In this document: piece by piece, positions 1 through 9,621 of the stretch
How the letters are laid out: every line of letters starts with the position of its first letter
Position numbering within the stretch: position 1 is the first letter of the stretch
NCBI GenBank assembly: GCA_964598805.1
Contig: CAZRDH010000071.1
Span: 1-61,987, forward strand
Direction: 5' to 3'
Origin: an uncultured Desulfurococcaceae archaeon
GTDB lineage: Archaea > Thermoproteota > Thermoprotei_A > Sulfolobales > Ignisphaeraceae
DNA length: 61,987 nucleotides
The notes under the pieces: generated by a model
What the model saw: the letters and a program-made list of their open reading frames with translations, nothing else
The model's database searches: none
Told to the model about the DNA's origin: nothing
Made by a program: the position numbers and the translations under genes

Positions 1-141
1 GCGTTCGAGAACCCGGATATCGCTGACTACTACGGGGTGTCTACGGTACCCGTCGTCGCGATCAACGGTCGCGTCGTGTTCGTGGGGCCGCCAACCGAAG
101 AGCAGTTGCTACTCGCGTTGCTGAGGGAAGTAGGTTCTTGA
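1..141 (+). CDS. Thioredoxin/glutaredoxin-fold protein, C-terminal fragment (5' end outside window)
   Basis: Frame 1 is open from the window edge and reads AFENPDIADYYGVSTVPVVAINGRVVFVGPPTEEQLLLALLREVGS*. The V-S-T-V-P cis-Pro loop followed by a beta-alpha segment is typical of the Trx fold. Stop TGA at 139-141. Confidence 0.4.
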   Translation, partial: AFENPDIADYYGVSTVPVVAINGRVVFVGPPTEEQLLLALLREVGS

Positions 142-875
142 CTCGAGCCCTCTTCCTGTGCTGCGGTAGCTGGGTATCTCACCCAGTGCACGGAGGCGTT
201 TCGATAGCTATTCAATCCGATGACGGTAGCTACGCCCTTCTAGACTGCGGACCGGGAGCCCCACCCACTATGCTCACATGCGGGCTAGATCCATGCAGAC
301 TGAGCTTCGTCTTGATCACGCACGCGCACGGCGATCACGTTCTGGGGCTACCAACCTTAGTGATGTGGCGTAGATTCGTTTGCGGCAAGCCTACGAAGAT
401 CGTCGCCGCCGAGCCCGTGCTCAACTCCGTACGCACGCTACTCGCGGTAACGGGGTGCCCAACGTTTAGGGAGGTAGAGCTCGTACCCGCGCCTATTGGT
501 CGGGAAATCGAGGTCGACGAGTTCAAGGTGCTTCTAGAGGAGGCTAGGCACCCGGTGTTCACTACCATCGCTCGAATATGCGTTGACGGCGCTTGCGTAG
601 CTTATAGCGCCGATACCGCCCCAAACCCCAAGCTCATTGAGATTGCTAGGGGTTGCAACCTGCTAATTCACGAAGCTAGCGGGGTCGACTCCGAGACGAT
701 GCATAGGATAGGGCACTCGACTCCTCGCGACGCGATCGAGATAGCGCTAGCGAGCGGGGTGAAGAGGGTAGCGTTGATACACGCAGGGTTAGAACCCATA
801 TCTATAGAGGGGGCTCCAGAGGGTCTGAGGATACTCGTTCCGTACCCATGCTACGCAATCGACTTGAGGGGATGA
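138..875 (+). CDS. Metallo-beta-lactamase fold hydrolase (RNase Z-like size class)
   Basis: ITHAHGDHVLGLP carries the HxHxDH zinc motif, with later H and D ligands (EASGVD, HST). The TTG start overlaps the upstream stop as TTGA. Confidence 0.65.
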   Translation: MTRALFLCCGSWVSHPVHGGVSIAIQSDDGSYALLDCGPGAPPTMLTCGLDPCRLSFVLITHAHGDHVLGLPTLVMWRRFVCGKPTKIVAAEPVLNSVRTLLAVTGCPTFREVELVPAPIGREIEVDEFKVLLEEARHPVFTTIARICVDGACVAYSADTAPNPKLIEIARGCNLLIHEASGVDSETMHRIGHSTPRDAIEIALASGVKRVALIHAGLEPISIEGAPEGLRILVPYPCYAIDLRG

Positions 876-922
876 AGAGCCGCCTACACCCTCTGAGTAG
901 TGATGACCCTCGTGAGGCCCGA
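872..922 (+). ncRNA. Box C/D sRNA candidate
   Basis: AUGAAGA-[14 nt]-CUGA-GUA-GUGAUGA-CCCUCGUGAGGC-CCGA. The internal D'/C' boxes are perfect and the terminal C and D boxes are degenerate. The TGA stop of the upstream ORF lies inside the C box. Confidence 0.4.
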
Positions 923-929
923 CCCGTTG

Positions 930-1559
930 CTAAGGCGGTTTAGGGGGTGCTACGACCCTACTCAGCTCTAGCTCGACTAGGTTTTCCTCCCGCTTACCCT
1001 TCACGCTGTATATGCCGAACGACGGTATGTGGATGGAGGAAGGGTTCCTACCGCGGAAGAAATCCATTACGAGCGTGAAGATGCGGTTAGAGAACTCCTG
1101 TATGGCGTTGAATAGGGTGCGGTACTGAGAGTTCACGCTGTATAGCCTCCTATGCAGCTCCTCTACCTCCTCTTCGTTACTCACCGTAACCCTACCCAAG
1201 TTCTTAGCTATCACGAAGGCTATTACCAGCAGCGCTACGGCGACGGCTATCATGACTAGGGTTACGACCGTTCCCAGGGGGACGAAGCCGTTTAGGAATA
1301 TCAGGGCTATCGAGGCTAGGATCGTTGCTAGCAACCTAATCCTCCCCTTGACCCCCGTGAACGAGCTCGCGACGAGGAGTATAGCCATTCTGTACCCTAC
1401 GCTCTTACCCTCCGCCTTCCTCATGGATACGGATATGTAGACGTAGTTCTTGAACGAGTAGAAGTATGCCTTATCCTCGTCCCCAAGCGAGAACCTTATG
1501 CTCATTCTGTTAGCGCTCGAAATCGATTGGAATAGCCTTCTACAAGCTTCGAACATCAT
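930..1559 (-). CDS. Hypothetical membrane protein
   Basis: 209-aa ORF with two long hydrophobic helices (LLATILASIALIFLNGFVPLGTVVTLVMIAVAVALLVIAFVIA). No recognisable motif. Confidence 0.4.
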   Translation of the reverse strand: MMFEACRRLFQSISSANRMSIRFSLGDEDKAYFYSFKNYVYISVSMRKAEGKSVGYRMAILLVASSFTGVKGRIRLLATILASIALIFLNGFVPLGTVVTLVMIAVAVALLVIAFVIAKNLGRVTVSNEEEVEELHRRLYSVNSQYRTLFNAIQEFSNRIFTLVMDFFRGRNPSSIHIPSFGIYSVKGKREENLVELELSRVVAPPKPP

Positions 1560-1720
1560 TTCCTCGCTACCTATCTTAAGAACCCTCCTAGCCCATCACC
1601 CTCGCTAACCCGCTTACCGCGGGTAGGCTGTAGCTCAAGGAGGGTAAAACGCCTAGCGCTTCAACGCGATAGAGTGAGTTAATTACTTAGCGAAGTGCGT
1701 AGAGTCGCGAGGGCTACCCC

Positions 1721-3154
1721 ATGGATGTGCTGGTCAAGGCCGTCGACTACGCTCTCGAGCTTGGCGCTAGCTACGCTGAGGCTAGGTACCACGAGCTAAT
1801 GAGCTCAGCCATAGCCGTTAGGAACGATCAGCTCCTAGGGATTAGCAAGGGGGTTTCTAGGGGTATCGGCGTAAGGGTTATGTACAAGGGCGTCCTGTCC
1901 TTCGCATCCACGAACGATACCTCTTGGGAGGGCGTGAAGAGCGCCGTCGAGAAGGCTGTGGCTAGCGCGAGAGCGCTTAGCGAAGTGCTCGCTAAGCAGC
2001 CCGTGGATAGGCTTGCGCCCGCTAGGATTGGTAGGGCTAGGTACTCGGTAGTAGTCGCTAAGCCCTTCGATTCCCGAGCCCTAGACGAAAAGGCGACCGC
2101 GCTAAAGGAGCTCTACCGCGCTGCATCTCAAGCTACTCGCGACTGCAAGCTCGCGGCATTCGCGCTCGAGTATGTGGAGGAGGTGGAGAGGAAGATCGTG
2201 GTCAATAGCGATGGGGGCTTCGTAGAGAGTGAGGTACCGCGAGTTTACGCAATGCTGAACATCGTTTTAGTGCATCCACAGAGAGGCACCATCCAGAGGC
2301 TGATGGAGTTAGGGGGCTCGGGAGGGCTAGAGGTCGCGGATTCGTGGGGGTTAAGCGATAGGGTTTCGGAAGAGGTTCGAGCGCTAGACAACGTTCTTAG
2401 CAAGGGGGTTGAGCCCCCCAAAGAGCCCGTGCCCGTAGTTCTAGGGAGCGAGGTAGTCGGGCTAATCGTTCACGAGAGCTGCGGGCACCCTATGGAGGGC
2501 GATAGGGTTTGGGGTAGGGAAGCGGCTCAGGCCGGGGAGAGCTTCGTTAAGAAGATGAGGGTCGGGGACGTCATAGGCAACGAGCACGCTACGGTAGTAG
2601 ACGACCCGACGATACCCAAGAGCTTCGGCTTCTACCTCTACGACGATGAGTGCGTAGCCGCTAGACCTAGGTACCTATACCTCAACGGCAAGATCAACGA
2701 GTTTCTCCACAATAGGTGGAGCGCGGCTATATACGGCGTCGAGAGCAACGGCGCCGCTAGAGCTAGGAACTTCGGTAGCGAGCCCATACCGAGGATGTCC
2801 AATACCTACCTAGCCCCCGGTGACCATAGCTTCGAGGAGCTTCTAGAGGGGATTAAGCTGGGGCTCTACGTGAAGAACTACATGGAGTGGAACATAGATG
2901 ACGAGAGGTGGGGCCAGAGGTACGTGGGGCTCGAAGCCTACGTCATTAGGAACGGCGAGCTAGCCGAGCCCGTGCTAAACCCGGTGCTCGAGTTCACGAC
3001 TAGGAGCTTCTATAGCTTGATAGAGGCTAAGGGTAGGGAGCTAAGGTTCTACGCAGCCTTCTGCGGCAAGGGCGAGCCTCCGCAAGGAATCCCCGTGTGG
3101 ATGGGTGGACCCGACGTTAGGTTGAAGAAGATGGTTGTTGGTGTTACGCGATGA
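1721..3154 (+). CDS. tldD: TldD-type metalloprotease (peptidase U62)
   Basis: HESCGHPMEGD carries the HExxxH-like TldD motif. Length is 477 aa, and the gene overlaps a PmbA-like partner by 4 nt. Confidence 0.85.
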   Translation: MDVLVKAVDYALELGASYAEARYHELMSSAIAVRNDQLLGISKGVSRGIGVRVMYKGVLSFASTNDTSWEGVKSAVEKAVASARALSEVLAKQPVDRLAPARIGRARYSVVVAKPFDSRALDEKATALKELYRAASQATRDCKLAAFALEYVEEVERKIVVNSDGGFVESEVPRVYAMLNIVLVHPQRGTIQRLMELGGSGGLEVADSWGLSDRVSEEVRALDNVLSKGVEPPKEPVPVVLGSEVVGLIVHESCGHPMEGDRVWGREAAQAGESFVKKMRVGDVIGNEHATVVDDPTIPKSFGFYLYDDECVAARPRYLYLNGKINEFLHNRWSAAIYGVESNGAARARNFGSEPIPRMSNTYLAPGDHSFEELLEGIKLGLYVKNYMEWNIDDERWGQRYVGLEAYVIRNGELAEPVLNPVLEFTTRSFYSLIEAKGRELRFYAAFCGKGEPPQGIPVWMGGPDVRLKKMVVGVTR

Positions 3155-4482
3155 TCGAGCCCCTAGAGATAAGGAATTGCGTTGCGTCCAAGCTTAAGGA
3201 GCTTGGGGTAAGCGAGTGGATTGCCGTCGTTAGGAGAGACGATAGGACTATGGTCAAGTTCGCGAACAACGTCGTTACGGTGGTTCAGCAATGGAGTAGG
3301 ACTAGCCTAGAGCTATTCATCGCTAAGGACGGTAGGGTAGCTCATTCCCAAGCCTTCGTAGAGACCCTAGACGACTGCGCAAAGCTCGTGGCATCGGTTT
3401 ACGAATCCCTAGAGAGGAGCTCGCCCTCCCCACTCTACGCCCCCGTGCCCCAGCCCAACGGCAAGCCCCTGCCGGGCACGGTCGATGAGAGAGTTAGGAG
3501 CGATAGGGAGGACCTAGTCAAGTCGGTTACGAACCTGATAGACTCGGCGATTAGGGCTGGAGCCGAGAGGGTAGCGGGAACCCTAGAGCTTGGATACATC
3601 GAGAGATACGTCTATACGAGCCGCGGATTCGAGGGAGTGCAGCCCATCACGTTCGTCAAGGCGTATGCTAGGGCGTTTAGGGGCGAGGTAAGCGGTCACT
3701 GGGCGTGGGGCTCGACTCGCTTCGATCAGGGGGCTATCGAGGAGGTGGGTAGGTTAGCGGGAGAGTACGCCGCTACGAACCTACCGTTTATGGATGTCGA
3801 GCCCGGCGAATACCAAGCGATTCTATCACCGCTCGTAGTTGGGAACCTCGTAAACAACCTAGCGCTCATGGCCTCGGCGATGATGGTGATCATGGGCGCC
3901 TCGATGTTCGCCAAGGTGAAGCCCGGGGAGAAGGTGTTTTCAGACGAGCTAACGATCATCGATGCACCCCTAGAAACGGAGCTACCCAACGCTAGCGGCT
4001 TCGACGACGAGGGTATCCAGTGCTTCAACAAGCCCATCGTAGAGAAGGGCGTGTTCAAAACCCTTCTCCACAACTCCAGAACCGCTAAGATGATGAACGC
4101 TAGTAGCACGGGGAACGCCGGGCTATTCAACCCAGTTCCCTGGAATATAATCGTGGAGCCCGGGCGGGAATCCCTCGACTCGCTAATTAAGGAGGTTAGG
4201 CGTGGATTCCTCGTGCTAAACAATTGGTATACTAGGATGCAGAACTGGGTCGAGGGCATGTTCTCTACCGTCACTAGAGACGCATTGATATACATAGAGG
4301 GCGGAGAGCCCAAGGCACTGTGCCGCAAGCTTAGAATCGCCGATACGTTTAGGAGGGTGTTCTCGAGCGTTAAGGCAGCTACGAAGGATAGCTACAGCGT
4401 TTGGTGGTGGGAAGTAGAGGTGCCCACGAAGGCGCCTTACATACTCGTTGAGAAGGCTAGGTTCACGAAACCCGAGGTGTAG
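3151..4482 (+). CDS. pmbA: PmbA/TldE-type protein (U62 family partner of TldD)
   Basis: 443 aa, translationally coupled to tldD through an ATGA overlap. It has the family-typical C-terminal region and lacks the HExxxH motif. Confidence 0.7.
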   Translation: MIEPLEIRNCVASKLKELGVSEWIAVVRRDDRTMVKFANNVVTVVQQWSRTSLELFIAKDGRVAHSQAFVETLDDCAKLVASVYESLERSSPSPLYAPVPQPNGKPLPGTVDERVRSDREDLVKSVTNLIDSAIRAGAERVAGTLELGYIERYVYTSRGFEGVQPITFVKAYARAFRGEVSGHWAWGSTRFDQGAIEEVGRLAGEYAATNLPFMDVEPGEYQAILSPLVVGNLVNNLALMASAMMVIMGASMFAKVKPGEKVFSDELTIIDAPLETELPNASGFDDEGIQCFNKPIVEKGVFKTLLHNSRTAKMMNASSTGNAGLFNPVPWNIIVEPGRESLDSLIKEVRRGFLVLNNWYTRMQNWVEGMFSTVTRDALIYIEGGEPKALCRKLRIADTFRRVFSSVKAATKDSYSVWWWEVEVPTKAPYILVEKARFTKPEV

Positions 4483-4487
4483 CACCG

Positions 4488-4492
4488 TTTTT
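4488..4492 (+). terminator. Oligo-T tract directly after the pmbA stop
   Basis: TTTTT lies 6 nt after the stop codon. Archaeal termination commonly uses oligo-T. Confidence 0.3.
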
Positions 4493-4524
4493 ACCCTCGT
4501 TAACAACCTTCCTCGCGGGGCTCT

Positions 4525-5244
4525 TTGACGGAGCTACTTTACCAGATAGATAGCTACGTAAAGGAGTTCGAGGCCCGCATAGTGAAAGTTGATGGGCCTA
4601 ACATCGTGCTCGATAAAACCGTTTTCAATCCCAGGGCTGGGGGGCTAGACCACGATACTGGGTACATCGAGGGCCCTAGCGGTAAGTTTAGGGTTGTAGA
4701 GGTTCTGCTAAATCGCGAAACCGGGGAGGTTATTCATAGACTCGATGTGGAGGATCACGGGTTGCAATCTGGAGATGTCATTGAGGGTGTTATAGATTGG
4801 GGTAGGAGATACAAGTTAATGAGGCTCCACACGGCTGCCCACATAATCTCCGCGATTATGTATCGAGACTACGGCACGCTGATAACGGGTGGCCACATAT
4901 CCCCGGATAAAGCATACGACGATTACAGCATTGAGAGGTTCGACCCTCAGATATTCGTCGACGCTATAAATAAGGCTAACGACATCGTGAAGAGGGGGCT
5001 AGACGTCGTCATTAAGTGGATGAAACGCGAGGAAGCCCTAAGGATCCCAGGGATGGTTAAGCTAGCTTCGCGAGCGCCTCCCAACGTCGAGGTGCTTAGA
5101 ATCGTGGAGATTCCCGGCGTGGATATCCAAGCCGATGGGGGTCCCCACGTAAGGAATACTAGGGAGATAGGGGAGATAGTGATGCTGAAAGCAGTGAATA
5201 AGGGTAGGAAGCGCAAGAGGCTCTACTACACTGTCAAGCCCTAG
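4525..5244 (+). CDS. alaX: AlaX-type Ala-tRNA editing protein (Thr/Ala-tRNA synthetase second additional domain)
   Basis: RLHTAAHIISAIM carries the HxxxH motif. The second zinc motif reads ADGGPHV. Length is 239 aa, with a TTG start. Confidence 0.7.
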   Translation: MTELLYQIDSYVKEFEARIVKVDGPNIVLDKTVFNPRAGGLDHDTGYIEGPSGKFRVVEVLLNRETGEVIHRLDVEDHGLQSGDVIEGVIDWGRRYKLMRLHTAAHIISAIMYRDYGTLITGGHISPDKAYDDYSIERFDPQIFVDAINKANDIVKRGLDVVIKWMKREEALRIPGMVKLASRAPPNVEVLRIVEIPGVDIQADGGPHVRNTREIGEIVMLKAVNKGRKRKRLYYTVKP

Positions 5245-5258
5245 ACCCGTTTACTCAG

Positions 5259-5307
5259 GTGATGATAGGGTAGGTTGCTGAACCGTGATGAGTAGCCTCA
5301 TCACTGA
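5259..5307 (+). ncRNA. Box C/D sRNA
   Basis: GUGAUGA-UAGGGUAGGUUG-CUGA-ACC-GUGAUGA-GUAGCCUCAUCA-CUGA. This is the canonical 49-nt layout with 12-nt guides. It starts 14 nt after the alaX stop, and its 3' end overlaps the stop of the convergent M20 gene. Confidence 0.85.
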
Positions 5308-6539
5308 AGCTCTTTAAAGAGCTCACTGTATATCGCTATGAACCTCCTTAGCTCCTCAATAGGCACGTACTCATTAGGCGCGTGAGCAACGCCCTCGGCT
5401 CCCGGACCGTAGATGGCGCATGACGCACCCCTTAATGCGTAGTACACGGAGTCGTATCGCCCACTATTAACGAATAACCGGGGTTCGACATCGATTACGC
5501 GCTTAGCTATCGAAACCAGTGTCTTCACGAGATCGCTATCTGGATGCGTAACCGAGGCGGGTATGCACGTCGTTATCTCTACCTCGATACGGGCTCGCGA
5601 TTCCCTTGAGCACTCCTTAGCTACCTCAAGTATCTTCCTCTTAGCTAGTTCCACGTCTAGCTCTGGCACGATCCTTGCATCGAAGCTGAACATGAATTCC
5701 CCAGGAATTACGTTCTCCTTCTCCGTAGAAACCTTAGCGACTCCTCCTAAGGATATAGTACTGAACTTAGCTTCATCGCATTCATAGGGGTAGCTAGACC
5801 TATACCTCGAGAAAACGCTCTTAACTTCGCTAAGGAACTTCGTAGCGAACTTGCAACCCTCCTCGAACGCATTAATGAATCTCCAAGGTGCTGCAGCATG
5901 TCCTTGAGTACCAACAATCCTTATGAAGCCCCTAACAACGCCCTTATGACCAATAGCTATTCTCTCACTAGTCGTGGGCTCGGTAATCAGCACCCTACTG
6001 GGTTTAATCCTAATCTCTTCAACGAGGTACCTCGTCCCAATACCGCCACTCTCCTCGTCGGGAACAAACGCTACTTCAACGCGAGGCTCAACTCCTTCAT
6101 CAATTAGCTTCTTCAAACTAGCAATTGCACACGCTATCCCTGCTTTATCATCTGAGGCACCCCTACCAAACACCTTACCGTCCTCGATGACTGGGGTAAA
6201 GGGTTCGTACTTCCATCCAACGCCTGGGGGCACAACGTCATAGTGAGCATTAACGTGGAGAACACACGAACGCGAAAATCTAGCGAATACAATGAGTCTC
6301 TTACGCCCATGGTGTGCTGGAGCATAGGGATAATGCTTATCGAGGTAGTCTTCGGGAACTTCGATAAGCTCAACGCTCGCACCCAAGTCCTCAAGCACTC
6401 TCTTCAAGAAACTTGCAGCTTCTTCATAGCCCTCGCCAGGAGGATTTACCGTGGGGATCGAGATGAGCTTCTTTAAAACATCTAGGGCGTAGCTAAGGTA
6501 GCGCTCCATCGACGCCCAGTACTTAAAGCACATTAACAA
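5301..6539 (-). CDS. M20 family metallopeptidase / deacylase (ArgE/DapE/LysK-like)
   Basis: HVNAHYDVVP, GRGASDDKAG and VPDEESGG are the M20 metal and catalytic motifs. Length is 412 aa. Confidence 0.75.
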   Translation of the reverse strand: MLMCFKYWASMERYLSYALDVLKKLISIPTVNPPGEGYEEAASFLKRVLEDLGASVELIEVPEDYLDKHYPYAPAHHGRKRLIVFARFSRSCVLHVNAHYDVVPPGVGWKYEPFTPVIEDGKVFGRGASDDKAGIACAIASLKKLIDEGVEPRVEVAFVPDEESGGIGTRYLVEEIRIKPSRVLITEPTTSERIAIGHKGVVRGFIRIVGTQGHAAAPWRFINAFEEGCKFATKFLSEVKSVFSRYRSSYPYECDEAKFSTISLGGVAKVSTEKENVIPGEFMFSFDARIVPELDVELAKRKILEVAKECSRESRARIEVEITTCIPASVTHPDSDLVKTLVSIAKRVIDVEPRLFVNSGRYDSVYYALRGASCAIYGPGAEGVAHAPNEYVPIEELRRFIAIYSELFKELQ

Positions 6540-6552
6540 GCTTTAATCGGTC

Positions 6553-6765
6553 ATGCAGTCTTATATAATTCCTCTGCCTAAAGCAATTTTAGGCGATAGC
6601 CTAAGGGTGGGGGTCGTGGCTCGAGAGAGCGTGGGTAGTAAGAAGAAGAGGATTCTCGAGATACTAGAGGAGCTAAACATGCTTGTAAGTGAGTTAGAGC
6701 CTAGGCTTAAGGCTAGAATATCCTCGAGGTTGAGCGAGCTCTACTCCTTGATAATGTCTAGCTAA
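6553..6765 (+). CDS. Small hypothetical coiled-coil protein (doubtful)
   Basis: 70-aa ORF filling the gap between the M20 gene and cdvC. No motif. Confidence 0.2.
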   Translation: MQSYIIPLPKAILGDSLRVGVVARESVGSKKKRILEILEELNMLVSELEPRLKARISSRLSELYSLIMSS

Positions 6766-6771
6766 CGAGCT

Positions 6772-7914
6772 TTATATCGAGCTACCAAACCTTTTACTCC
6801 ACTCTTCGTATAGCCTAACCATTTCGGGCGTTATGCTAGGTCTCTTCCTAGCTAGCACCTTCCTGAAGTCGTCCATGGTGACGGGCCTAGGGTCTTGATC
6901 GAGCCTACCGCTCCTGAATAGCTCCCTAACGGTTATTAGGTACGCCTCCATGACCACGTCCCTAATGTCGCTAGCCGAGAACCCTTCGGTCGCCCTAGCC
7001 AGCTCATCGAAATCAACATCGCTAGCGAGCCTAATTGCCTTAGTGTAGTGCTCGAAGAGCATTCTCCTAGCCTCGAGGTTCGGAGGCGGTACGTAAACCC
7101 TTCTTTGGAACCTTCGTAGGAACCCCATATCTAGCTTCCACGGCTTGTTTGTTGCCGCAATGACGTACACCATGACGTCCCGACCTTTCGTTGCGAGGCC
7201 ATCCATCTCCTTGAGGAACTGGTTCCTAACCCTAGCCTCGCCGCCGAGCTCATGCTCGTATACTCCCAGCAACGCGTCCGCTTCATCCATGAATATTATC
7301 ACTGGCTTACGCTCTTCAGCGCTCCTCTTCCTAGCATACCTGAATATCGCTGCGACCCTCTTCTCCGCATCGCCAAGCCACTTAGACATTATGTTAGCCG
7401 CATCCACCTGCATAAATATGCAGTCGATTTCGTTAGCAACGGCTGCTGCAAGCATCGTCTTACCACAGCCCGGAGGACCGTATAGGAGTATTCCCCTAGG
7501 CCACCCCAGGGGAAAGAGATCGGGTCTCTTGCTTGGGTAAACGATGCAGTCGAATAGAGCTTGCTTAGCCTCTTCGAGCCCCACGATATCGTCGAAAGTC
7601 ACCGGGGGCTTCTCCTCGAGAACGAACTCCTTAGCGATACGCTCGTAATCCTCCTCCTCACCACCCTTCACTGCGATCTTCGTCTCTCCCTCTAGCCTCC
7701 TCTCTAGGGCATCGGCCTTCTTCCTCAAGCTCTCAGCTATCTCCCTATACATTGGTGCTAGGGGATCGCTCGGATGGTTGTTAACTATCGTAAAGAGTAT
7801 TTCCGCGGCCTTTCGATAAGCTTTTGCAGCCTCGGTTAAGTTACCTGCCTTCTCGTGTATGAGCGCTTCATCTATGTACTTCTTAGCTATCGACTCTAGG
7901 TAGGCTCTACTCAA
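6772..7914 (-). CDS. cdvC: Vps4-like AAA+ ATPase CdvC
   Basis: N-terminal MIT-like helices, Walker A GPPGCGKT, Walker B IIFMDEAD and an AAA second region of homology. It is the last gene of the cdvABC order. Confidence 0.9.
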   Translation of the reverse strand: MSRAYLESIAKKYIDEALIHEKAGNLTEAAKAYRKAAEILFTIVNNHPSDPLAPMYREIAESLRKKADALERRLEGETKIAVKGGEEEDYERIAKEFVLEEKPPVTFDDIVGLEEAKQALFDCIVYPSKRPDLFPLGWPRGILLYGPPGCGKTMLAAAVANEIDCIFMQVDAANIMSKWLGDAEKRVAAIFRYARKRSAEERKPVIIFMDEADALLGVYEHELGGEARVRNQFLKEMDGLATKGRDVMVYVIAATNKPWKLDMGFLRRFQRRVYVPPPNLEARRMLFEHYTKAIRLASDVDFDELARATEGFSASDIRDVVMEAYLITVRELFRSGRLDQDPRPVTMDDFRKVLARKRPSITPEMVRLYEEWSKRFGSSI

Positions 7915-7969
7915 AACGCAACACCAGTAGAAGAGCTTGTACCGCTATTCCAAGCGTTAAAAAGGAGCT

Positions 7970-8866
7970 CTACCTAACCAGCTTAATCAAGCCCCTCCTC
8001 TCCAAGCTCTTGAGAGCCGAAATAACTTCAGCCTTGCTAACCCCTAGGGACCTAGCGCAGTCCTCGATATTCAGTATGCCTCCATGGCTAACGATGTAGT
8101 CGAGCACGGCCTTCTCTAGATCCACCCTATCAACCCTAAACGACGTCGGCACTGCTTCCGCAACTCTCGGAACCCTAAGCAGGTCTATAGCCTTAGGCAT
8201 GCCATAGCTAGTAACGTTTAGAGCACTCCTACCTTCCTCCACCATCCTCTCGACTTCTACGGCCTTATCCATCGGTATCCTCTTGTTCTCTAGCACGACC
8301 TTGACCTTCTCCCTCATTCTCTTCTCAGCCTCTTCCTCAATCTCCTTCATGACCTCCTCGATCTCCCTAGTGCTCTCCACGAGCTTCACGTTAACGTCCT
8401 GAGCCTGAGAAGTAGCTATGAACGTATTGACGTTAGTGACAATGTTGTCTATTAGCGATGCTAGCTCGGGCATCTCGTTCAGCATCTTCATCTTTAGCTC
8501 GTTGAGTATGCCCACGATCGATGCGAGGCCCTTAATGTCCCTAACGATGTCCATGGTCTTTAGCCTCTCTATGACCCTCTCGACGGCTAGGTCCGCTACC
8601 GAAACGATCTTCATCAACTTCTTAACGTTGTGAACCTCCGAAGCGTAGATCTTCACCTTCTCCAAGTCGTGCCTCTCGTGACTCTGAATAGCCTTGAGCA
8701 TAAGCTCCTCGTATCTCTGCATTAACCTCTTGTGAATGCTCTCAAGGCGGGACTTTAGCTCCTGGAGGGATTGTATCGTGTATATCAGGGGCGTAGATCT
8801 ATCCTTCTTCGAGACTATGCCTAGGAGCTTTGCAAAAGAGTCTAGTATTCCAGCGTCTACGCTCAT
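7970..8866 (-). CDS. cdvB: ESCRT-III homologue CdvB with C-terminal winged helix
   Basis: Snf7-like coiled-coil core plus a C-terminal wH (ILNIEDCARSLGVSKAEVISALKSLERRGLI). It lies between cdvA and cdvC. Confidence 0.8.
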   Translation of the reverse strand: MSVDAGILDSFAKLLGIVSKKDRSTPLIYTIQSLQELKSRLESIHKRLMQRYEELMLKAIQSHERHDLEKVKIYASEVHNVKKLMKIVSVADLAVERVIERLKTMDIVRDIKGLASIVGILNELKMKMLNEMPELASLIDNIVTNVNTFIATSQAQDVNVKLVESTREIEEVMKEIEEEAEKRMREKVKVVLENKRIPMDKAVEVERMVEEGRSALNVTSYGMPKAIDLLRVPRVAEAVPTSFRVDRVDLEKAVLDYIVSHGGILNIEDCARSLGVSKAEVISALKSLERRGLIKLVR

Positions 8867-8889
8867 AGCTATCCCTTCTATTGATTAGG

Positions 8890-9582
8890 TTAGAGGCCCT
8901 CCATCACCTTCACTACCATGGGGCTCGGTAGGCTAGCCGTTATGTCCGCTGCCTCCTCGCTCTTCTCGAGCATGCTGTTAACCTCCTCGAGCAGCTTCGT
9001 TATCATATCGACGTGCTTCTCGACATCCTTCTTCTCCTCTTGCGCGTTCTGCTTAGCGTACCTCATGTAGTTCATCGAAGCTTCAAACCCTTGTTGCGGG
9101 AGCTCGCCCGCCGTGTAGCTAACCATTAGGTGGGTCATGGCCTTCTCTATCCTAAGTATGAAGTTCTCAAGCTCGTAGATCCTCTTCCTCAGGACCTCCT
9201 TGAGCTCCTTAGCCTCGTTCTTAGCCTTCTCAAGCTCGCGACTAAGCTTCTCCTTTAGCTCCTTGTACGCGTGCTCGGGTATCTGCCCCCTCGAGAATAG
9301 GTCCTCTAGCGCCTTAACCCTCTTCCTCAGTATGTCGAGCTTTCGCTCGACTAGCTTCGCCTTAGCTAGCCACTCCGGCTTAACCCTAAGACCATCGGAG
9401 CAGCACTCGAGCCTTGAAGCATCTATTGTTTCGTACACCTCGTCGTTCTTGGACACCTCTATGGCCGTAACGGTCCCATCGACCTCGCTGTATATCGCCA
9501 CAAGAGTCCCGATCCTCCTACCGTAAACATCGTGAATTACTTGCCCTAGATACTGCGAAACATCCTCGAGCTTGAGAGCCAT
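8890..9582 (-). CDS. cdvA: CdvA (PRC-barrel plus coiled coil)
   Basis: N-terminal PRC-barrel-like segment (VYGRRIGTLVAIYSEVDGTVTAIEV) followed by a long coiled coil. It is the first gene of the cdv operon. Confidence 0.75.
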   Translation of the reverse strand: MALKLEDVSQYLGQVIHDVYGRRIGTLVAIYSEVDGTVTAIEVSKNDEVYETIDASRLECCSDGLRVKPEWLAKAKLVERKLDILRKRVKALEDLFSRGQIPEHAYKELKEKLSRELEKAKNEAKELKEVLRKRIYELENFILRIEKAMTHLMVSYTAGELPQQGFEASMNYMRYAKQNAQEEKKDVEKHVDMITKLLEEVNSMLEKSEEAADITASLPSPMVVKVMEGL

Positions 9583-9621
9583 GGTCTGACCCTCGGTTAG
9601 GTGAGCTTAGCTCCATAACCT

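Noticed and set aside
1642-1654. GGGTAAAACGCCT, nearly identical to GGGTAAAAACGCCT at 45583-45596, as a possible shared promoter motif.
   Set aside because: There are only two copies. At 1642 it lies about 85 nt from the nearest minus-strand start, with no convincing sRNA between (only a weak GUGAUGG without a D box). This could be chance.
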